Positions 17,118-25,059 of a stretch of DNA of 32,000 nucleotides are shown piece by piece. The notes under the pieces were generated by a model that worked only from the letters and a program-made list of their open reading frames with translations, had not been told where the DNA came from and searched no databases. The DNA is from Halomicronema hongdechloris C2206 (GTDB lineage: Bacteria; Cyanobacteriota; Cyanobacteriia; Phormidesmidales; Phormidesmidaceae), in contig NZ_CP021983.2 of assembly GCF_002075285.3 (NCBI RefSeq), positions 5,310,001-5,342,000 of the forward strand, given 5' to 3'. A program made the translations under genes and the position numbers. Position 1 is the first letter of the stretch. The number at the start of each line of letters is the position of its first letter.

Positions 17118-19040
17118 ATGCAACAGCTACCATCGACTGGCCCAGGTTGGAAGCAGCAGCTATTCAGGCGCCGCAGTCAGTTGTTGCTCAGTTTTTTACT
17201 GGGGCTCGGCCTGATCTTGGGTATTGCCCTGTGGCCATTAACGGCCCAGTCCGAAAATATTCAGTTTCCCCCAGGGGCCGAAGTGATCAACGTGAAAGCA
17301 GCGCCCTACTTCGCTAAGGGGGATGGTACCACCGACGACACGGCCGCCATCCAAGCGGCTATCTCTGAGAATCGCATCCGACAGATTTACTTTCCCAATG
17401 GCACCTACTTGATTAGTCGCTCTATTCGCTGCACAGAAGCCAGTGGCAGCAACAGTAAACGTTATTTCCTGCAAGGGCAAAGCCAAGCGGGAACCGTCCT
17501 TAAGTTGACAGACAATGCTGCAGAGTTTCAGGGTGATGGCATCTCCCCTCGACCCGTCTTAGATTGTGCTATCGGCCCCGGCGCTACAGCGTTTCGCAAC
17601 ACCATTCGCCACTTGACCATCGATACGGGTCGTGGCAACGATAACGCCATTGGCCTCCGCTTTAAGGCCAACAATTATGGTTCCGTCGAGTCAGTGACCA
17701 TACGCTCCTCTGATCCTGACTATGGGGGGGAAACAGGGTTGGTCTTGGTGGGCGGCCCCCTGCTAGTCAAGCAAGTCACCATTGATGGCTTCAATATTGG
17801 CCTCAGCTATGAGGGCGCCCTCTACAGTGCCACAGTCGATGGCCTAACCCTGCGTCACCAGCGAGCCTACGGCCTGTATAACAAACGCCAGGTCTTGAGC
17901 ATTCGTAACTTGGTCAGCCATAACACGGTCACCGCCATCAAAAATGACGGTGACGGCTATCCGGCTTATGGCTTACTGACGATTGTGGGAGCGACTCTGG
18001 ACGGCGGCACCTCTGAGGAAGTTGCCATCGACAACACAAACGAGGGGGGACTGTATGTGCGTGATCTCACGACTCAGGGGTACCAACATGCCATCGTCAG
18101 CACAATCCAGGGGACCACTCGCAGACTGCAGGGTTCGGTTAAGGAATTTGTCTCCCATGATGTGCTGAGCCTGTTTCCGAGTCCATCGGCCTCTTTAGGG
18201 TTGACCATAGCCCCCACCCCAGACGTAATTTGGGATGATCCTCAAGACTGGGTAAAAGTAGACGGCGATGCCGCTGCTGATGATACTGCCACCATTCAAG
18301 CCGCCATTGATTCTGGACAATCCACAGTCTATTTCCCCCGAAACAATTACATCGTCAGTGCTCCTATCGAGGTGCGGGGAAACGTGCAGCGCATCGTCGG
18401 TATCGGTGGGGCCATCATCACCGCTGCCGAGGGATTTGATACCACCACTAAACCGGTCTTTCGCATCGGCGATGGCACTGCTGACACCGTCATGATCGAA
18501 GGATTTGAAGCGAATCTAGGGAGTGCATTCGGCTTTGAACACGCCTCTCGCCGTACCTTGGTGCTAAAGAACCTGGGCATGGATGGTTACCGAAATTTGG
18601 TCAGCGGTAATCAGATGTTTCTTGAGAATGTATCGGGTCGGCGTTGGTATTTCAAAGACCAGCAGGTGTGGGCCACTCAGTTGAACCCAGAGGCTAGCCG
18701 TGAAAGCGGAGCAATTAACATTGACAACGACGGCGCTGACCTATGGCTCATGGGGCTAAAAACCGAGCGGGACGTGACCGTTATCACCACGAGAAATGGA
18801 GGCCAAACAGAGCTTCTGGGGGGCTTTATCTATGGCAATCGACCTATTCCAGAGGGGGTAGCGGGATTTCTCAACGAAGACTCCAGTCAGTCCCTCATCT
18901 TTGCCGGGTACAACAGCGCTTACAAGCCTTATGTACGTGAACGTCGCAACGACATCACCAGGGATTTACAGCTTGCCGATCTCTACCCGATGAAATATGG
19001 CAAGATGGTGCCGCTCTTTACCGGCTATAGCGCTAACTGA
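17118..19040 (+). CDS. Secreted protein with two right-handed beta-helix domains (Pectate_lyase_3 / GH55-like)
   Basis: The N-terminus QQLFRRRSQLLLSFLLGLGLILGIALWPLTAQS is signal-like. The domain-opening motif occurs twice (FAKGDGTTDDTAAIQAAIS and VDGDAAADDTATIQAAIDSG), about 315 residues apart, as in GH55 tandem beta-helices. The ORF track starts at TTG 17112; the first ATG is at 17118. Confidence 0.75.
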   Translation: MQQLPSTGPGWKQQLFRRRSQLLLSFLLGLGLILGIALWPLTAQSENIQFPPGAEVINVKAAPYFAKGDGTTDDTAAIQAAISENRIRQIYFPNGTYLISRSIRCTEASGSNSKRYFLQGQSQAGTVLKLTDNAAEFQGDGISPRPVLDCAIGPGATAFRNTIRHLTIDTGRGNDNAIGLRFKANNYGSVESVTIRSSDPDYGGETGLVLVGGPLLVKQVTIDGFNIGLSYEGALYSATVDGLTLRHQRAYGLYNKRQVLSIRNLVSHNTVTAIKNDGDGYPAYGLLTIVGATLDGGTSEEVAIDNTNEGGLYVRDLTTQGYQHAIVSTIQGTTRRLQGSVKEFVSHDVLSLFPSPSASLGLTIAPTPDVIWDDPQDWVKVDGDAAADDTATIQAAIDSGQSTVYFPRNNYIVSAPIEVRGNVQRIVGIGGAIITAAEGFDTTTKPVFRIGDGTADTVMIEGFEANLGSAFGFEHASRRTLVLKNLGMDGYRNLVSGNQMFLENVSGRRWYFKDQQVWATQLNPEASRESGAINIDNDGADLWLMGLKTERDVTVITTRNGGQTELLGGFIYGNRPIPEGVAGFLNEDSSQSLIFAGYNSAYKPYVRERRNDITRDLQLADLYPMKYGKMVPLFTGYSAN

Positions 19041-19061
19041 TGTCGATGGGAGCACCACGAA

Positions 19062-20813
19062 TTACCGTAGGGCTTGCCGCATTTGGTGGCTGACTAGATC
19101 TACTGCCAACGTCAACAGTAGAAAGGCTGCCAGCGTGACTGTCAACCCAGCATAGTCGAAACTGCTGAGTTGCTCTGTTAATCGACGTCCCAGTCCCCCA
19201 GCCCCTACTAGGCCTACGATCACGGTTTCCCGCAGACACACCTCCCAGCGATAGAGGCTGTAGGCCAGAAAACCAGGCAAATTCTGGGGTAAAATCCCGT
19301 ATAAAATCACCTGGCTAGCCGAGGCCCCTAAGGTCCGCAGAGCCCGGGCTGGCCCAGTGGGCAGATTCTCGTTGGCCTCTGCCATCAATCGGCCTAAAAT
19401 CCCAAAGTTATGGACGGCTAGGGCCAAGGCCCCTGGTAAAATTCCTGGGAACAAGCCATAGAGAAACACCAGGGCCCAGATGGGGGCAGGAATAGCTCGG
19501 CTCAGCAACAGCAGTCCCCGACTGCCCAATAGGATGGCCCAGGCACCAATTGACCAGTGCTTCTTCTGATCGCTGGAGCACAACAGTCCCCCGGGCAGAA
19601 GCATGGTCTGGGCCCCTAAAAAGGAAAATAGGATGCCGCCACTGCTAGCCAGGCTGATGGCCAAAATCGACATGGCCAGGGTTAACCCCGAGAGCTGCAT
19701 TAGAGTGGCCAGGGTAGCCCCACTGGGCCAGGTGGGAATAGCCGTCGTCGCAATGTCTGCCAAGAGCGTACGACTGTGAGGAGACCACAGGCGACGCCAA
19801 TCCAGCTCGAGGGCAATAAAGCAAAGGGGAATGGCGATGGCGATGGCTAGCCAGGACAGGCGGAGTCTCTGCTGAGTTGGGGACCTCGCGCCGTTACTAT
19901 TTTGGTTCGATCCAGCCTGGGGTAGGTTCAATGCTAGACGGTTAGTGACTCCCAGACGGTGCCGCACCAGGGCGCTCCATAGATCGACGGCACCGTTGAG
20001 CAAAATCAGGGCGTAGAAGCTGGTCCAGAGTTGCTGATAGCGGAGGGATTGCAGGCTGAGCAAGATTTCATAGCCTAGCCCGCCTGCTCCAATTACTCCC
20101 AAGACAGCTGAGGATCGCAGGGAACACTCGAAGCGGTAGAAACTGTAGGACAGTAGATTGGGGAAGGCCTGGGGCAACAAGCCGTATAGCCAAGCTAATA
20201 GTGGCGGCACCCCGGCGGCTTGTAGAGCTTGTAGCGGTTGCTGCGGGGTCTCATCTAGGATCTCGGAAAAAACTTTGGCGACGATGGCTCCAAAGGGAAT
20301 GGTGATGGCCAGTACGGCAACTAAGGGATCTAACCCTAGGACATGCAGAAGCAATAGCCCCCACAAGAGTTCGTGAATTGCCCGCGGCACCGCCAATAGA
20401 CTACGGCAGGTCATCCACAGGAGAGGGGCTAGCCATCCCAGGGGGCGACCCACCGGAAATAGGGTGCGCCACCAAGTTCCTGAGGCCAGGATGCCGCCAC
20501 CGAAGCCGACAAGGATGCTGAGGGTGGTGCCGCAGACAGCATAGGCCAGGGTGACCCCGGTGGCTTTGCCAATAATGGTCAGAAATTCCGGGTCTAAAGC
20601 GGGGGTGAGGCTAGCCTGGAAGAATTGCCCCAGTTGAGATAGTCCATCCCAGTTCACCAGGGCTTGTCTAGGTTGGCCGATGCCAGCTTGATGCAGCGAC
20701 CAGGCGATCGCACCTAACATCAACCACAGCCACCCAGTCCGCCGGGTCAGCAGCGAGGGCCGGGCAGGAGAAGCAGGCAGCGACGGTGTAGCCATTAACA
20801 GAAATAGGGTCAC
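19062..20813 (-). CDS. phnE: Phosphonate-type ABC transporter permease, fused tandem PhnE-PhnE
   Basis: 583 aa with two permease halves. Each half carries the PhnE-like block (SAVLGVIGAGGLGYEILLS and ETVIVGLVGAGGLGRRLTEQ). GTG start at 20813; alternative ATG at 20795. Confidence 0.85.
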   Translation of the reverse strand: MTLFLLMATPSLPASPARPSLLTRRTGWLWLMLGAIAWSLHQAGIGQPRQALVNWDGLSQLGQFFQASLTPALDPEFLTIIGKATGVTLAYAVCGTTLSILVGFGGGILASGTWWRTLFPVGRPLGWLAPLLWMTCRSLLAVPRAIHELLWGLLLLHVLGLDPLVAVLAITIPFGAIVAKVFSEILDETPQQPLQALQAAGVPPLLAWLYGLLPQAFPNLLSYSFYRFECSLRSSAVLGVIGAGGLGYEILLSLQSLRYQQLWTSFYALILLNGAVDLWSALVRHRLGVTNRLALNLPQAGSNQNSNGARSPTQQRLRLSWLAIAIAIPLCFIALELDWRRLWSPHSRTLLADIATTAIPTWPSGATLATLMQLSGLTLAMSILAISLASSGGILFSFLGAQTMLLPGGLLCSSDQKKHWSIGAWAILLGSRGLLLLSRAIPAPIWALVFLYGLFPGILPGALALAVHNFGILGRLMAEANENLPTGPARALRTLGASASQVILYGILPQNLPGFLAYSLYRWEVCLRETVIVGLVGAGGLGRRLTEQLSSFDYAGLTVTLAAFLLLTLAVDLVSHQMRQALR

Positions 20814-21066
20814 ACACGGGATAGCCAGGTGATCCTACCGCAGGCTCATACCAGTTTTCACCGGCAAAGCCACTTATATTGGCTTGGGAAGCAAGGAAGC
20901 TAGGCTTGCCCTGAGCTACAGTCGTTTCGCCAAGCGACATGAAAGGCGTAGCCTGCCCGGAGGGCATAGGGGAGGCACCAGGGAGGGATAGAGTTTGTCG
21001 CTTGAGTGTAGGGAATCGGTAGCATCGCTTGTTTGTGGCCTAGGGCCATGAATCCCGATCTCGTCG

Positions 21067-21798
21067 CTACAGCTGATATAACTCGGCAATCATAGCCGGG
21101 CTCACCTGGGCTGCCGGCGCATCAAATAGCAGGCGTCCCTGCCGCAACCCCAAGATGCGATCGCAATGGCGGTAAGCCAACTCAACATCGTGCAAACTCA
21201 CCACCAGCGTCTTGTCGCCAGTATCCGCTAGCTGACACAGTAGCGACATTAGCTCCTGCGCCCGTTGTGGGTCGACACTGGCCGTTGGTTCATCCGCCAG
21301 AATGACCGACGGGTCCTGCACCAACACCCGAGCCAGGGCAACCCGTTGTTGCTGCCCGCCTGATAGTTGATCAGTGCGGGCATAGAGTTTCTCTGCAATA
21401 CCGACCTGCTCCAGAGCCTGCGCCGCCTTGGCCACTTCCAGGGGCCAGACCAACGACCAAGCCGCCTGCAACAGGGACCAACGGCCCAGGTGCCCAGCAT
21501 TGACGTTGTGGATCACCGGCAGATTCAGCACCAAATGGTGCTGCTGGTAGATGGTGCCAATCCGTCGCTGTACCCGCCGCAACTGACTAGGCCGTAAGCG
21601 ACTGAGATCCTGCCCCAGCACTCGCAACCGCCCCGATGAGATCGGTAGGGAGCCATTGAGTAAGGCCAGCAGTGTACTCTTGCCCGCCCCGCTAGGCCCC
21701 AGTAAGGCCACCCGTTCTCCAGCAGCGATAGTAGTGCTCACCTGGCTCACCGCCATCTCGGCTGCGAATCGGCGGCTAACTCGGGTCAGCTGAATCAT
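21067..21798 (-). CDS. phnC: Phosphonate-type ABC transporter ATP-binding protein
   Basis: Walker A GPSGAGKST, signature LSGGQQQRVALARVL, Walker B ILADEPTASVD. The long ORF (to 21954) overlaps phnD and is trimmed to MIQLTRVSRRF. Alternative starts are 21810 and 21816. Confidence 0.88.
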   Translation of the reverse strand: MIQLTRVSRRFAAEMAVSQVSTTIAAGERVALLGPSGAGKSTLLALLNGSLPISSGRLRVLGQDLSRLRPSQLRRVQRRIGTIYQQHHLVLNLPVIHNVNAGHLGRWSLLQAAWSLVWPLEVAKAAQALEQVGIAEKLYARTDQLSGGQQQRVALARVLVQDPSVILADEPTASVDPQRAQELMSLLCQLADTGDKTLVVSLHDVELAYRHCDRILGLRQGRLLFDAPAAQVSPAMIAELYQL

Positions 21799-21829
21799 GG
21801 GCGTGGCCATGGCCATGATCACCAAGGAA

Positions 21830-22759
21830 CTACTGAATCTTGCCGATGGCGCGACCCACTGCCTCGATCTGCTCGTAGTTGGCATTCTCGGTAGCCATAA
21901 AGGTCTCTGCCCCAAACAACTCCAGGATCGCCTGGTGCTCCGGCACACTGGCATCCAAATCGAGAAATGCTTGTTGCACCCGATCGATGAATCCGGCCCC
22001 GTAGCGATCTGTCACTGCTGGGTGAATCACCCAGTGGTAATCGTAATAGGCTGGGGTGCGCCAGATGACTCGTACCCGGCTTTGATCAACCTCTCCCGCC
22101 TCCAGACGAGTCAGCCACACCTGCTCATTCAGCGCTCCCGCCTCATAGGTGCCGGCCTCGACCAGCTTGATGGTGGCATCATGATTACCCGAAAAGCCCA
22201 CCTCCCCCTTGAAATCCTCCAGGGAGACCCCGGCCTGTTGCAGAAAATGTTGCGGCATTAATCGGCCAGAGGTAGACGACTCACTGCCAAAGGTAAAGCT
22301 GTGACCGTTGAAGACGCTCAGGCCACTAATGTCATTGATCGGGTCAATTCCACTGTCAGTATTGGCAATGAAGACACTGTGAAACTCAGCGTCAATGTCT
22401 CGCTGGGCAATGGCCTGGGCTCCCTCGACTTGCAGGCGAGCCTGCACCCCCGTCAGCCCCCCAAACCAGACTAAGTCAAGATCGCCGACCCTAAAGGCCG
22501 TCACCGCTGCCCCATAGTCGGTGACGGGTTGATACTCTACCGGCACCCCGAGTTCGGCACTGAGATAGTCAACTAACTTGCCATACAACCGCTGCAGCTT
22601 CTCTGGATCTTGATCGGGGATGGCGCCAACCATCAATGGCTCCGAAGCGGTGTCAGCAGATGGAGTCGTAGTCTCAGCGGAAGGGGTGCATGCGGGCAGC
22701 AGTGACGCCATCAGCAGGCCAGAGAGCCCAGCAACCATAGCGCGGCGAGATAGCAACAT
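21830..22759 (-). CDS. phnD: Phosphonate/phosphite-type ABC transporter substrate-binding lipoprotein
   Basis: Lipobox LLPAC after the signal sequence. PhnD-family blocks: GAIPDQDPEKL, DLVWFGGLTGVQA, FTFGSESSTSGRLMP. Substrate (phosphonate versus phosphite) cannot be told from sequence by eye. Confidence 0.85.
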   Translation of the reverse strand: MLLSRRAMVAGLSGLLMASLLPACTPSAETTTPSADTASEPLMVGAIPDQDPEKLQRLYGKLVDYLSAELGVPVEYQPVTDYGAAVTAFRVGDLDLVWFGGLTGVQARLQVEGAQAIAQRDIDAEFHSVFIANTDSGIDPINDISGLSVFNGHSFTFGSESSTSGRLMPQHFLQQAGVSLEDFKGEVGFSGNHDATIKLVEAGTYEAGALNEQVWLTRLEAGEVDQSRVRVIWRTPAYYDYHWVIHPAVTDRYGAGFIDRVQQAFLDLDASVPEHQAILELFGAETFMATENANYEQIEAVGRAIGKIQ

Positions 22760-22888
22760 AGGGCACTTGTGACGAAGACAACATATCAGCTATAGAACAG
22801 TATCCAATCCGAGCCGTTAAGAGCCAACAGTAGGATATGGAGACCAGCAGCCGCTATAGTGGGCCTCAGCCTCTATAGACATGCCCCC

Positions 22889-23614
22889 ATGACCACCGAC
22901 TGGACCTATCCCTATCCCACGTTGTATCCCGGTATTTTACGTAAACGGTACAAGCGATTTTTGGCCGACATCGAGCTAGCCTCGGGTGAGGTAATTACCG
23001 CCCATTGCCCTAACACCGGGCCGATGACGGGTATCTGCCATATCGGGGGCAAGGTCATGGTGTCCCATCACTCTAGCCCGAAGCGCAAACTGGCCTACAC
23101 CTGGGAATTGGCCGAAGTGAACGATACGGTGCCCACCTGGGTGGGGGTGAACACGGCCCTACCTAATCGCGTGATTCAGTCGGTGCTAGAGGCCCATCTG
23201 TTGCCAGCCTTAGGGAGTTACCAAACGATTCGCTCGGAAGTACGCTACGGCAATGATCAGAAGAGCCGGGTAGACTTCCTGCTCACCAGCGACCAGGACC
23301 AACGAATCTACATGGAGGTGAAAAACACCACCTGGGCTCAAGGGGACCTCGCTCTCTTTCCCGATACTGTCACCGATCGGGGCCAGAAACACCTACGGGA
23401 ATTGACTGAATTACTACCCAGAGCCCGGGCTGTAATGCTGTATTTCATCAATCGCAACGATTGTTCCCGGTTTTCTCCAGGCGATCAGGCCGATCCAGAG
23501 TACGGGCGGTTGCTGCGCTATGCGATCGCACAGGGCTTAGAAGTCCTTCCCTGCCGCTTTGACATTTCTCCCAAGGGCATTCGCTATTTGGGATTAGCCG
23601 ATCTACAACTCTAG
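22889..23614 (+). CDS. sfsA: Sugar fermentation stimulation protein A homolog (DNA/RNA nuclease SfsA)
   Basis: GILRKRYKRFLADIEL, AHCPNTGPM, SRVDFLL, MEVKNTTW, FPDTVTDRGQKHLREL. Trimmed from GTG 22859 to ATG 22889. Confidence 0.9.
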   Translation: MTTDWTYPYPTLYPGILRKRYKRFLADIELASGEVITAHCPNTGPMTGICHIGGKVMVSHHSSPKRKLAYTWELAEVNDTVPTWVGVNTALPNRVIQSVLEAHLLPALGSYQTIRSEVRYGNDQKSRVDFLLTSDQDQRIYMEVKNTTWAQGDLALFPDTVTDRGQKHLRELTELLPRARAVMLYFINRNDCSRFSPGDQADPEYGRLLRYAIAQGLEVLPCRFDISPKGIRYLGLADLQL

Positions 23615-23978
23615 GTCGTCACGGCCTGACCATGTCGCTATCTCCCTTACCCTCTGCTACCAATCGGGTTAGTCGCACTCGTGCCGCAGTCCACTTCCCT
23701 TTGATTTCATCGGTGCTCTATCGGCCATCCCTACACTATCCGCATTCTCGCTGAGGGCATTGCCAAAGCCCTATCCGCAAGAATACATAGACATTTCAGC
23801 GGCTTAAAGTCACACTTACCGATCTGTATGGATCCCGTGAACTTGACCAGGGGAGCGTGATTCCGCCATAGGTGGCTGGTTTTATAAAAATAGTTGCAGT
23901 ATTGTCAGCATCTGACATCCGTTCTGCTGCAGGACGCTAGTCCAGTTCTGCAGTTGAGCTAATCCTCAGAGGTCGAAG

Positions 23979-24134
23979 ATGCTTCTGTTCAAGTGCGTAA
24001 CCACAGCTTTGTGGGAAACCTTTAAAGGGACATCATTCGAACCTGTCCACTGCAGCTTTATCCAAGGTGGCAGCGAGGATACTTCACCTCAAGCTACTAC
24101 CTATCTATCTGGAAATGGGACACGCAACTCATGA
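23979..24134 (+). CDS. Unannotated 51-codon ORF, ATGA-coupled to the next gene (speculative)
   Basis: ATG at 23979 is preceded by AGAGG with a 6-nt spacer. The ORF reads MLLFKCVTTALWETFKGTSFEPVHCSFIQGGSEDTSPQATTYLSGNGTRNS. Its TGA (24132-24134) overlaps the ATG (24131-24133) of the downstream ORF. It is below the 60-aa cut-off of the ORF track. Confidence 0.25.
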   Translation: MLLFKCVTTALWETFKGTSFEPVHCSFIQGGSEDTSPQATTYLSGNGTRNS

Positions 24135-24406
24135 GCAGTTCCGCACAACCTCAACCATCCAATCAGGAACTCGGGGTCTACGAATGTGAGGTAACCCTCA
24201 AATTTCGCCTGATCGAGGAAAAGGGCACGATGGCCGACCGTGACCATCTTCTTGAGACCCTAGTAGATGCCTTTGCCTACGGCGACGATGAATACCTAGA
24301 AGCCCTGAAATCAAAGGTATCCATCCAAGAGATCAATGAAGTCAACGCCTCTCCGGCGATGCGACGTCAATTGATCCGCCTTCGCAATGCCAGCTGGCTT
24401 CATTAG
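24131..24406 (+). CDS. Small acidic hypothetical protein, 91 aa
   Basis: Clean ORF (MSSSAQPQPSNQELGVYECEVTLKFRLIEE...MRRQLIRLRNASWLH). Looks like a conserved small cyanobacterial protein, but I cannot name the family with confidence. Confidence 0.6.
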   Translation: MSSSAQPQPSNQELGVYECEVTLKFRLIEEKGTMADRDHLLETLVDAFAYGDDEYLEALKSKVSIQEINEVNASPAMRRQLIRLRNASWLH

Positions 24407-24503
24407 GATAGAGCCAAGAGACTTAGGATAATGTATCCCGATGCCCCAGACGCAGACTAAGAGACGCCGGTGGCCAGCTCTGTCAGGGCTAAGGCTATCA
24501 CCG

Positions 24504-24535
24504 AGTCGCGTCATGTTCGACCGCAGTCGCGTCAT
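24504..24535. repeat. Phased direct repeat AGTCGCGTCAT (24504-24514 and 24525-24535)
   Basis: Read directly: two identical 11-mers with a 21-nt period, 40-70 nt upstream of the tRNA-Glu promoter -35 element. Confidence 0.9.
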
Positions 24536-24575
24536 AGGATTTTCTAACAGAAACATGCCCCTTAAGCAGCAATGT

Positions 24576-24604
24576 TTGACACGGTATACCCCCTTGGCTA
24601 TACT
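24576..24604 (+). promoter_or_regulatory. Near-consensus sigma70-type promoter of tRNA-Glu
   Basis: TTGACA (24576-24581), an exact 17-nt spacer, TATACT (24599-24604). The tRNA 5' end lies 20 nt downstream. Confidence 0.6.
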
Positions 24605-24624
24605 AAAAATCGTCTGAAAAACGC

Positions 24625-24697
24625 GCCCCCATCGTCTAGAGGCCTAGGACACCTCCCTTTCACGGAGGCGACGGGGATTCGAATTCCCCTGGGGGTA
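24625..24697 (+). tRNA. trnE: tRNA-Glu (anticodon UUC), 73 nt, CCA not encoded
   Basis: Folds by hand into a cloverleaf. Acceptor GCCCCCA/TGGGGGT, D-stem GTCT/GGAC, anticodon stem CCTCC/GGAGG with loop CTTTCAC, T-arm GGGGA-TTCGAAT-TCCCC, discriminator A. Closely resembles chloroplast tRNA-Glu. Confidence 0.95.
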
Positions 24698-24706
24698 TAT
24701 TTCAAG

Positions 24707-24726
24707 TCTGAAAGATTCTGAAAGAT
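24707..24726. repeat. Perfect tandem 10-mer TCTGAAAGAT x2 in the tRNA trailer
   Basis: Read directly; lies between the tRNA 3' end and the terminator. Confidence 0.95.
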
Positions 24727-24730
24727 AAAA

Positions 24731-24765
24731 GGCCCTGAGGATGCCAAAGTCCTTCAGGGCTTTTT
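24731..24765 (+). terminator. Intrinsic terminator after tRNA-Glu, potentially bidirectional
   Basis: GGCCCTGAGGA - TGCCAAAG - TCCTTCAGGGC, a 10-bp stem with one bulged T, followed by TTTTT. The complement is preceded by AAAA, so the minus-strand transcript also ends in a U-rich tract. Confidence 0.75.
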
Positions 24766-25009
24766 ACATTTATTGACTAGTGGGTTCATGTGCTGAACTT
24801 ATCGGGAGAGCTGAGATTCTTCTTATCTAGGTCTTATCTCCATTAATGCTATCTATTCCAATCTGGTTCTAGCATCGCCTCTTGCTATCGGCAAGAATAG
24901 TTTAGTGAACGATGTTTATAGCCGCCGTTACTAACTATTGTGCAGTATAGGATCAATTGATCGCTTTAAACTTGACAACTACGGATCAGTCGAGTCGGCT
25001 GGTCGACGT

Positions 25010-25035
25010 TATGTAAAACCAGGTATGTAAAACCA
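25010..25035. repeat. Direct repeat TATGTAAAACCA x2 (14-nt period)
   Basis: Read directly at 25010-25021 and 25024-25035, just downstream of the NYN gene stop. Confidence 0.9.
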
Positions 25036-25059
25036 ATGTATTGCGTGGTTGCTATCAAT

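Noticed and set aside
20880-20915. GGGAAGCAAGGAAGCTAGG in the phn spacer superficially resembles the SRP (4.5S) RNA GGAAGCAGCC region.
   Set aside because: The conserved SRP domain IV hairpin with its GGAA tetraloop and symmetric loop cannot be drawn. The surrounding sequence does not fit.
21799-21954. N-terminal extension of the phnC ORF (track start 21954) that overlaps the 3' end of phnD.
   Set aside because: The extension (MPVCRSTRRSWSCLGQRPLW...) is Arg/Ser/Trp-rich out-of-frame read-through of phnD sequence. ABC ATPases begin close to MIQLTRV-type sequences.
22760-22888. I looked for Pho boxes (phased CTTAACCT-like octamers) upstream of phnD, and for NtcA sites (GTA-N8-TAC) in all large spacers.
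   Set aside because: Only a single CTTAAC was found, with no 11-nt phased partners. Three CTATAG hexamers are present but have no known meaning. No exact GTA-N8-TAC was seen; the closest is GTA-N8-TAT at 25013-25026. No regulatory call is made.
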